Shown here: positions 47,715 to 54,233 of the stretch, piece after piece
Numbering within the stretch: the stretch's first letter is position 1
How the letters are laid out: the number at the start of each line of letters is the position of its first letter
NCBI GenBank assembly: GCA_037442065.1
Contig: JBBIQZ010000002.1
Coordinates: 1 to 54,233, forward strand
DNA: 54,233 nt
Reading direction: 5' to 3'
Source: a bacterium
GTDB lineage: Bacteria > Patescibacteriota > CPR2_A > CG2-30-33-46
Program-made: the position numbers and the translations under genes
Notes under the pieces: model-generated
What the model was told of the DNA's origin: nothing
Database searches by the model: none
The model's input: the letters and a program-made list of their open reading frames with translations, nothing else

Positions 47715-48039
47715 TCTTTTTAAAAAGGCCTTCCATCTTTTCTTCGTATTCTAATGATTCGTCCGGAAATAATTCAATTTTGGGGATATATTTTAATTGA
47801 ACTTTTTCATTTAAAATTTGCTGAAACCGTGGAAGCTTTTCTTTAAGACCTTCCATTATAACCCCAACTTGAAAAAAGGGGAATATGCTTATATAGGCCT
47901 TGGCGATTTTTAAATCCGGCGAAGTTTTAACATAAGAAACGGTAATGAGTACGTCTTTTTTGCGAAAATTTTCTTCTAAAATTTTGCTTAATTCCTGTTT
48001 TATAAGTTCGTTTACTCTGTCTAACCTTTTAGAACTCAT
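47680..48039 (-). CDS. rbfA: ribosome-binding factor A
   Basis: RVNELIKQELSKIL N-terminus and position after infB. Confidence 0.88.
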   Translation of the reverse strand: MSSKRLDRVNELIKQELSKILEENFRKKDVLITVSYVKTSPDLKIAKAYISIFPFFQVGVIMEGLKEKLPRFQQILNEKVQLKYIPKIELFPDESLEYEEKMEGLFKKIAKKKNGNKNT

Positions 48040-49841
48040 AGATTCCTTGCTTTTTCTTTCTTTAAAATGAAAGATAGTTCATCACCTTCTTCGATATTTT
48101 TAACGCCCTCTATACTTAAACCGAATTCTCTGTCTCCCGACACTTCCGAAACTTCGTCTTTAACGATCCTTAAGCCTGTTATTTTGCCGTATGCTGCCTG
48201 GCCGTCTTTTTCCTGTTTTACTTCGGTATCTTTTAAAATTTTGCCTCGCAAAACTTTAGCACCCAAAATGTAATCCTTTTTGCCGGTTTTGAAAATCTTT
48301 AAAATTTTTGCTCGGCCTTGTTCCTCTTCAATAATTTCTTTGGGAAGAAGCTCTTCTAAGGCTTTTTTAATATCGTCTAAACAGTCATAAATAATATCGT
48401 AAAGCCTAACTTCGGCTTTTGTTTGCTCTAAGGCTTTTTGGGCTGAAAAACTTATACCTACTTTAAAACCGATAATAATAGCGTCGGTGCCGGCTAATGT
48501 AACATCAGATTCGGAAATTTCGCCGATGCCATCTCTTATAATATTTACCGCTACCTCATCGGTTCCTATTTTTTCCAAAGATTCTTTTAAAGCCTCTAAG
48601 GAGCCTTTTACATCCGCCTTTAGAACGATTTTTAATTCTTTAATTTTTCCTTCTTTGATTTTTTCTGAAATACCAGAAACTCCCAATACTTTTTTTCCTC
48701 TCATTCTTTTTAAACTTTCAAATTTTTGCCTTTCTAGAACTTCAGCTTTGGCTTCTTTTTCCGACATAACCCCTTCTAAAATTTCCCCTACTTCCGGCAA
48801 ATCCTTAAACCCCAAAATCCTCACTGGTGTCCCCGGACCGGCCTCTTTAATCCTTTTTAAATTAGAATCCTCAATGGCTTTTACTTTTCCGTAAACCGCA
48901 CCAGAAACAACGAAATCTCCTTCTTTTAAAGTACCGTTTTGGACCAAGACAGTTGCCATTGGACCTCTGCCTTTATCCAGATGGGCTTCGATTATCGCTC
49001 CCCAAAGTTTCCCTTTGGGATTTGCTTTAGGCTCTTTAAGCTCGGAAACTAATAAAATCATTTCCAAAAGCTCCGGCACGCCTTCGCCAGTCTTGGCAGA
49101 AACAGGAACAAAGACTTGTTTGCCGCCCCATTCCTCAGAGATTACTTTTTGCTCCGATAATTCCTTCTTAACTCGTTCAATATCTGCATCTGGTTTATCA
49201 ATTTTATTAACCGCCACTATAAAAGGTAAATCAGCGCTCCGCATGTGATTTATTGCTTCAATTGTTTGAGGTTTAACTCCATCATCAGCGGCCACCACCA
49301 AAACCCCTACATCTGTTACTTGGGCTCCTCTAGCACGCATAGTGGAAAAAGCTTCATGGCCGGGGGTGTCTAAAAAAGTGATCTTTTTCCCATCTTTTTC
49401 TACCTGGTAGGCGCCAATATGCTGAGTTATTCCGCCAGCTTCGGTAGCAATAACATTTGCTTTTCTAATTTTATCTAAAAGGGAAGTTTTTCCATGATCA
49501 ACATGCCCCATCACAATAACTACCGGCGGCCTTAGTTCTTGTTTTCCTTCTTCTTGAGGAACTGATTTTTTTTGACCCCCTTTCTCCTCAGAAATTTCTT
49601 TGGCCGTAAAACCGAAGTCTTGGCTGATAATGGCTGCAGTTTCAAAATCTATATCTTCGTTAATAGTAGCCATCACGCCGTTTTTTACCAATAAAGAAAT
49701 AACCTCAACTACCGGCTTTTTAAGTTTAGATGCCAACTCTTTAACCTGAATTACCGGAGGAATTTCTACAGTTTTTTCCGTTACGGCCTCTTCGGCTTTA
49801 GGGCCTTTATCTTCAATTTTTATTTCTTTTTCTTTTGCCAT
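48036..49841 (-). CDS. infB: translation initiation factor IF-2
   Basis: G domain [17 protein letters not shown] and NKID, with conserved C-terminal domains. Confidence 0.96.
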   Translation of the reverse strand: MAKEKEIKIEDKGPKAEEAVTEKTVEIPPVIQVKELASKLKKPVVEVISLLVKNGVMATINEDIDFETAAIISQDFGFTAKEISEEKGGQKKSVPQEEGKQELRPPVVIVMGHVDHGKTSLLDKIRKANVIATEAGGITQHIGAYQVEKDGKKITFLDTPGHEAFSTMRARGAQVTDVGVLVVAADDGVKPQTIEAINHMRSADLPFIVAVNKIDKPDADIERVKKELSEQKVISEEWGGKQVFVPVSAKTGEGVPELLEMILLVSELKEPKANPKGKLWGAIIEAHLDKGRGPMATVLVQNGTLKEGDFVVSGAVYGKVKAIEDSNLKRIKEAGPGTPVRILGFKDLPEVGEILEGVMSEKEAKAEVLERQKFESLKRMRGKKVLGVSGISEKIKEGKIKELKIVLKADVKGSLEALKESLEKIGTDEVAVNIIRDGIGEISESDVTLAGTDAIIIGFKVGISFSAQKALEQTKAEVRLYDIIYDCLDDIKKALEELLPKEIIEEEQGRAKILKIFKTGKKDYILGAKVLRGKILKDTEVKQEKDGQAAYGKITGLRIVKDEVSEVSGDREFGLSIEGVKNIEEGDELSFILKKEKARNL

Positions 49842-49972
49842 TTTTTATCCTTAACACAATTTTATAATTATATACTCTTTAGGGCAATTTTAAAAGGTTT
49901 ATCCCGTTAGAAATAATGAATCAAGGAAAATAAACTCAAGGTGAAATAAAATTTCTAACGGGATTTATCTAC

Positions 49973-49996
49973 AAAAAATCCCCTCTTTTAGAGGGG
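49973..49996 (-). terminator. rho-independent terminator after rpsA
   Basis: Stem CCCCTC / GAGGGG followed by TTTTTT on the minus strand. Confidence 0.75.
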
Positions 49997-50011
49997 CTAA
50001 AAATCGAAAAG

Positions 50012-51163
50012 TTAAACTTTTTCTTTTACCTTTTTCTTGGGCTTCTTGGCTTTTAGCTCTTCCTCGGCTTCTTTTAAAGATAAAGAAACTTTTCGGCTAT
50101 TTTCTTCTATGGAGATTACTTTTAGATTATAAGTTTCTTTTTCCTTTATAAAATCTTTGGGATTAGAAACATGTTCATTAGAAAGTTCGGAAATATGAAC
50201 AAGGCCATCAATAACATATTTTTTGCCCGGAATTTCAACTTGCACAAAAGCACCAAAGGGCGTAACTCTAATGACTTTTCCAGAAACTATATCACCGACT
50301 TTTAGAACTTTAACAACTTCTTTAAAAGGATCGGGTAATAGTCTTTTTATACTTAAAGAAACTTTATCCTCATCAATCTCACTAACCATCACATCAATTT
50401 CATCGCCGACTTTTAGAACTTTTTTAATATCGTCAATCCTTTCCCAAGAAACTTCAGAAATATGAACAAGGCCTTCTAGGTGGCCAATGTTAACAAAAAC
50501 GCCAAAATCTACTACTCCGGAAACTTTGCCTTTTAATACTTGTCCTATTTTTAAACCTTCTAGAAAACTTTTTTGCTCTAAACTTTTAGCTGCCTTTTGA
50601 GACAAAATCAATTTATTTGAGGCCCTGTCTAGATCAATGACTTTTACTTGGAGTCTTTTACCCACTAGAGCGGTTAATCTTGTTAAAATTTCTTCTTTGT
50701 CTCCCCCTTCAACCCTCGGATAATATTCGGCTGTTAATTGCGAAACCGGTATAAAGCCCTGCACATCGTCAACTACCGTTAAAAGGCCGCCCTTGTTGGC
50801 GTCTGCAATTTTTACTTCCACAATAGTTCCTTTTTCCATATTTCTTTTCAAATCAGACCATATTCGTTCTTTGCCGGCCTTTTTTAAAGATAGGGCTAAA
50901 ATACCTTGGTTGTCTTCTTCTTCTAAAACATAAGCTAAGATTTTATCTCCTTTTGATAAATCAGAAATTGAAGCTTTGTCGCCTACTTCGCTGCGATAAA
51001 CCACGCCAGTAGCCCGACCACCTAAATCAACCCAAATTTCGCCATCTTTAATATCAATGACTTCCCCTTCTATAACCTTACCGACTTCAATCTTTTCAAT
51101 TAAAGCTAAGGCGTCTTCCATTATTGATGTTTCTATATTTGTTGTTTTTTCTTTTGTTTCCAT
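50012..51163 (-). CDS. rpsA: 30S ribosomal protein S1 (four S1 domains)
   Basis: Repeated S1-domain pattern (G..V.G.V..I..FG.FV..G.EGL.HISE). Confidence 0.9.
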   Translation of the reverse strand: METKEKTTNIETSIMEDALALIEKIEVGKVIEGEVIDIKDGEIWVDLGGRATGVVYRSEVGDKASISDLSKGDKILAYVLEEEDNQGILALSLKKAGKERIWSDLKRNMEKGTIVEVKIADANKGGLLTVVDDVQGFIPVSQLTAEYYPRVEGGDKEEILTRLTALVGKRLQVKVIDLDRASNKLILSQKAAKSLEQKSFLEGLKIGQVLKGKVSGVVDFGVFVNIGHLEGLVHISEVSWERIDDIKKVLKVGDEIDVMVSEIDEDKVSLSIKRLLPDPFKEVVKVLKVGDIVSGKVIRVTPFGAFVQVEIPGKKYVIDGLVHISELSNEHVSNPKDFIKEKETYNLKVISIEENSRKVSLSLKEAEEELKAKKPKKKVKEKV

Positions 51164-51177
51164 AAACCTCTTTTCCT

Positions 51178-51206
51178 ATTGTACAAGTTTTTGTTAATCT
51201 TACAAG
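51178..51206 (-). promoter_or_regulatory. candidate sigma-70-type promoter of rpsA
   Basis: Minus strand TTGTAA-17 nt-TACAAT, followed by AAGAGG and the ATG. Confidence 0.45.
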
Positions 51207-51234
51207 CCCCTTTCTAAAAAACTTCTAATTTCTA

Positions 51235-51332
51235 ATTTTCAATCAATGATTCAATGACTTAATTTTCAAACGAGTTTAGAAATTGATAAATTGAAAATTC
51301 AATGAAAATTGAAAATTGGTAATTGAAAATTC
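51235..51332. repeat. cluster of six TTGAAAATT 9-mers (four direct, one of them ATGAAAATT; two inverted)
   Basis: Copies start at 51292, 51303 (variant), 51310 and 51324. Inverted copies lie at 51235..51243 and 51262..51270. Confidence 0.75.
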
Positions 51333-51339
51333 GGATCAA

Positions 51340-51639
51340 TCATTTCCAAAGATGTTTTTCAAAATCCATAATTTTACCCTTTTTAATCTCTATTCCCTCT
51401 CTTTTTAACAAACTGATTTTCTTTTCTGTACCTTTTGCATAACCGCCAACCCTTCCATCGCTTTTTATAATTCTATGGCAAGGAATATTTTTAAAATCTT
51501 CATTTTTTCCCAAGGCATTTCCCACCGCCCGGGATAAATTTTTATTCCCCAACTTTAAGGCAATTTTCTTGTAGGTAGCTAACCGACCTTTAGGAATCTT
51601 TTTAACAACTCTAAAAGCTTTTTTCTTAAAATCATCCAT
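51340..51639 (-). CDS. MGMT-family methylated-DNA--protein-cysteine methyltransferase domain protein
   Basis: Active-site IPCHRII, with the helix-turn-helix part upstream. At 99 aa it is the C-terminal domain only. Confidence 0.85.
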   Translation of the reverse strand: MDDFKKKAFRVVKKIPKGRLATYKKIALKLGNKNLSRAVGNALGKNEDFKNIPCHRIIKSDGRVGGYAKGTEKKISLLKREGIEIKKGKIMDFEKHLWK

Positions 51640-51702
51640 TTTTACAAACGAAGGCCTCGCAATATTATTACATTAGCGAGACCGTAGCCCCTTACTTAAT
51701 TT

Positions 51703-52041
51703 TTAAGTGCGGGGCTTTTCCTCATCTTTATTTTTGGAATCATTGTTAGGAGATAACTTTTCGATTTTTGAGTTTAGACCATCGGCAATTTTACTCAAGT
51801 AATAAGTAACAGAGACAATGATCAAAGTAATAAAAATCGCATAAATAAACATTGCGATTAAACTGCCAGTCTTATTGGGAAAAATAACTTCAAAAAGTTT
51901 TTGAATTGCCGCATTCCAAGCTAAGGCCGCCACCAATCCAAAGGCCGTTACTGTCAAATCCCTTGTTTGAGTAATAATTTTTCGCTGAAGCTCTAGCATT
52001 TCTTCTTTTGTTTTTTTAATAACTTTGTCTTTATCTGTCAT
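51703..52041 (-). CDS. small two-TM membrane protein (DUF5654-like as I recall the family)
   Basis: AFGLVAALAWNAAIQKLF helix plus a second TM helix. Confidence 0.5.
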   Translation of the reverse strand: MTDKDKVIKKTKEEMLELQRKIITQTRDLTVTAFGLVAALAWNAAIQKLFEVIFPNKTGSLIAMFIYAIFITLIIVSVTYYLSKIADGLNSKIEKLSPNNDSKNKDEEKPRT

Positions 52042-52042
52042 T

Positions 52043-52348
52043 TTATTTATCCTCTAAAATTCTTTTTTCATCTTCTTTAATAATCTTCGAGACAACATCT
52101 TCTATGTCAAGATTTTTAAGATGAGCTAACCAAACTATCTGTAAAATTATATCACCTATCGCATTTTCTAACCCTTCTTCGCTAAACCTTGCTTTCCTTT
52201 TTTCTTTATTTACATATTGCCTTGCAAGTTCCCCAACTTCCTCCACTAAATGAATAAAGGTATTTTCTTCGGTCGGTTTGTAACCTTGTTTTTTAACCCA
52301 CTTTTTTGAAAATTCGATAATTTGTTTTTGAAATTCTTTTACTTGCAT
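52043..52348 (-). CDS. MazG-like nucleotide pyrophosphohydrolase domain protein
   Basis: LVEEVGELAR and E..IGDIILQIVWLA helices are typical of the MazG all-alpha NTP-PPase fold. Confidence 0.8.
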   Translation of the reverse strand: MQVKEFQKQIIEFSKKWVKKQGYKPTEENTFIHLVEEVGELARQYVNKEKRKARFSEEGLENAIGDIILQIVWLAHLKNLDIEDVVSKIIKEDEKRILEDK

Positions 52349-52357
52349 GATGTTTAA

Positions 52358-52594
52358 TCAAATAAAATGTTTATTGCGGAAAGCTTTTCCTGATGATGAT
52401 TTTAAATATTTTTCAAAGGTTAAAGCCCTTTTCTTACTTTTAAATAATGAATACCATACTAACTCAATTGGTCTAAATTTGGATGTATGTGGAACTTCTC
52501 CTAGTTGGTGTTTTTCGAATCTTGCTTTCACATCTTGAGTGGAACCAACATAAAAATCATTGTTCGATAATTTTAACAAATAAACATAATACAT
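52358..52594 (-). CDS. GIY-YIG nuclease-family protein (small, single domain)
   Basis: YYVYLL..FYVGSTQDVKARFEKH. The start is moved to the Met before YYVY because the tracked N-terminal extension runs through repeat module B. Confidence 0.8.
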   Translation of the reverse strand: MYYVYLLKLSNNDFYVGSTQDVKARFEKHQLGEVPHTSKFRPIELVWYSLFKSKKRALTFEKYLKSSSGKAFRNKHFI

Positions 52595-52608
52595 ATTTAT
52601 CATCCTCT

Positions 52609-52650
52609 GTCCAACTCCGCTCATTAGAGCTTCGCTGGACAAACTTCGCT
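52609..52650 (-). repeat. tRNA-trailer repeat, module B copy 2
   Basis: Plus strand GTCCAACTCCGCTCATTAGAGCTTCGCTGGACAAACTTCGC, matching 27459..27493. Confidence 0.7.
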
Positions 52651-52659
52651 TTATTCAAA

Positions 52660-52733
52660 TGGCTTGCCAAGCGAAAACTAGGAATTGTTTTAAGTGTGGC
52701 TTGCCAAGCGAAGCTTCCAAAGGAAGCAAAGTT
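52660..52733 (-). repeat. tRNA-trailer repeat, module A copy 3 (hairpin, two TGGCAAGCCA palindromes, shared 18-mer)
   Basis: Sense AACTTTGCTTCC-TTT-GGAAGCTTCGCTTGG-CAAGCCA-CACTTAAAACAATTCCTAG-TTTTCGCT-TGGCAAGCCA, immediately 3' of tRNA-Ile. Confidence 0.7.
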
Positions 52734-52810
52734 TGGTGGGCGTGCCTGGATTTGAACCAGGGACCTCTACATTATCAGTGTAGCGCTCTAACCAGCTGAG
52801 CTACACGCCC
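52734..52810 (-). tRNA. tRNA-Ile (anticodon GAT), CCA encoded, in the 16S downstream spacer
   Basis: Acceptor GGGCGTG/CACGCCC, anticodon stem CTACA/TGTAG with loop CTGATAA, T arm CCTGG-TTCAAAT-CCAGG. Confidence 0.93.
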
Positions 52811-53053
52811 CTAAATAAAAAAACAGAAAACAGTTAACAGATAACATTATAAATTTTAGTTCTTTTCTTTTCAACACTTGTTATCTGTTTTTTGTTCCCT
52901 GTTTACTGACCTTAACAGCTCAAAAATAACAGAAATTACTTAGAACTCCGGCCAAAAGCCGGAGACCGACCTACGATATATCTAGCAAAAGCTAGAAATC
53001 CGTTAGAAAGGAGGTATTCCATCCGCAGATTCCCCTACGGATACCTTGTTACG

Positions 53054-53811
53054 CAACTGTTATCTCTAATTACTTAGAGTGCCGGACTATGTCTTCACCC
53101 TAGTTTCCTAGGGGCTAGCGTATAGTCTCTACGGGGTTAAGGCAGCTTGTATGCCATACATTTTACAATATATGGTTTAACAAGTTCTTTGAATACAGAG
53201 TAAGAATCTTTTTTGATATACAGACGATTTCCTTTGGAGTCAGAATTTATGGTCGTATCAATTTCTTTCTCTTTAAAAAGTTTTTGCAACCTTTTTAAAT
53301 CTTTTAATGAATAATTATGAACCGAAAAATCAACTGTATCTCTATGCTTACAACCATCATCCATAAACCAAATAGCCAATGAAAGTGAATCCAATTTTAA
53401 GTCTTTTGGTAGTTTCTTTCTACCTGCATACCACTTCTTTCTTAGCAAATTTATATCTGGGTGACCAATTGTCCCAAATCTTATTGAATTATGTATTTTA
53501 ACCTCTTGTGGTGAATTGATACAAATTCTTTTAAGTTTAAGATATTTCCACCATACATATTCTTTATGAATTTTAGAATGCTCAATTCGCAATCTGAAGT
53601 TCTTACCAGAAGAACTTAGTGTTCCATCTCCTAATAAACATCCATTTATCACCCCAATTTCTTCATTGAGTAAAGAATATGACTTTAATAAATTTGCTAA
53701 CTTACTCTGCATCTAGCCCAACTTCCCTCGACGTTGTCCTTAATTTTTAATAAGGAGTTCACCGATATAGCTAGATTTTACCATAAGATTACTCCTATGG
53801 GAAGCCGTTAA
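53054..53811 (-). mobile_element. 758-nt group-I-like intron in 16S rRNA, inserted after E. coli position U1495
   Basis: The upstream exon ends in U and the intron ends in G. An internal guide GCUUC 6 nt into the intron can pair with exon GAAGU, giving a U-G wobble at the splice site. It contains a LAGLIDADG ORF. Confidence 0.7.
53137..53712 (-). CDS. intron-encoded double-motif LAGLIDADG homing endonuclease
   Basis: Motifs INGCLLGDGTL and LAIWFMDDGCK both retain the acidic residue. It lies entirely within the 16S insertion. Confidence 0.85.
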   Translation of the reverse strand: MQSKLANLLKSYSLLNEEIGVINGCLLGDGTLSSSGKNFRLRIEHSKIHKEYVWWKYLKLKRICINSPQEVKIHNSIRFGTIGHPDINLLRKKWYAGRKKLPKDLKLDSLSLAIWFMDDGCKHRDTVDFSVHNYSLKDLKRLQKLFKEKEIDTTINSDSKGNRLYIKKDSYSVFKELVKPYIVKCMAYKLP

Positions 53812-54084
53812 ACTTCACCCCAATTACCGGTCTTACCGTGGGATCGCAAAAGCGACACTTCGGGTACTACCGACTTTCGTGGTGTGACGGGCGGTGTGTA
53901 CAAGGCCCGAGAACGTATTCACCGCAACATGGCTGATTTGCGGTTACTAGCGATTCCAGCTTCATGAAGGCGAGTTGCAGCCTTCAATCCGAACTAAGAT
54001 TAGTTTTTAAGGATTAGCTCCACATTGCTGTCTTGCAACCTATTATACTAACCATTGTAGCATGTGTGTCGCCCGAGGCATAAG

Positions 54085-54120
<36 letters not shown>

Positions 54121-54179
54121 CTATTACTAGGGCAGTATCGCACGAAAATACAACATGCAATAGGGGTTGCGCTCGTTGA

Positions 54180-54233
<54 letters not shown>

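Noticed and set aside
51235-51332. CRISPR array or replication origin at the TTGAAAATT repeat cluster.
   Set aside because: The repeats are only 9 nt with 2-5 nt gaps, so there are no spacers. I saw no TTATCCACA-type DnaA boxes, and dnaA/dnaN are not nearby.
52483-52755. 90-aa plus-strand ORF, and the first 16 codons of the tracked GIY-YIG ORF (52595..52642).
   Set aside because: Both run through repeat modules A and B and tRNA-Ile. These GC-rich repeats create open frames.

Overview
An AT-rich bacterial segment with short, tightly packed, mostly minus-strand housekeeping genes. Its look fits a reduced-genome, Patescibacteria/CPR-like organism, but that is inference only. The standard genetic code applies.

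Core content, in order:
- Complete F1Fo ATP synthase operon (atpI-like, B, E, F, H, A, G, D, C), then gltX, a tagA-like gene, GT4, mreB, murA and rarA.
- A PEGA protein and a sortase, yvcK, an RRM protein, a U32 peptidase and a rubrerythrin-like protein.
- xseB, rpmG, ricT, holB, hisS, a galT-like gene, rel, recJ and secDF.
- thpR, priA-def-fmt, nrnA-rbfA-infB, rpsA, and a small MGMT / MazG / GIY-YIG cluster.
- Seven tRNA genes, all with an encoded CCA, and the 3' ~470 nt of a 16S rRNA gene.

The unusual biology is concentrated at the stable-RNA genes:
1. The 16S gene carries a 758-nt group-I-like intron after E. coli position U1495. The intron encodes a LAGLIDADG endonuclease.
2. tRNA-Gln is flanked on one side by a serine-recombinase gene that reads into it. 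On the other side, a second LAGLIDADG gene ends 4 nt from its 5' end, preceded by two decayed tRNA-Gln copies.
3. tRNA-Trp abuts a ~65-codon relic of a homologous recombinase. That relic sits exactly where the 5' half of xseA has been lost.
4. tRNA-Tyr is surrounded by a 5'-part pseudo-copy and a 69-nt mini tRNA-like remnant.
5. The trailers of tRNA-Leu, tRNA-Tyr and tRNA-Ile carry a modular GC-rich repeat family. Its first hairpin incorporates the CCA end and shows compensatory changes.

Other notable points are a PriA with every ATPase motif degenerate and an SD-sequestering hairpin at the RRM gene. No CRISPR array or recognisable defence operon was seen.
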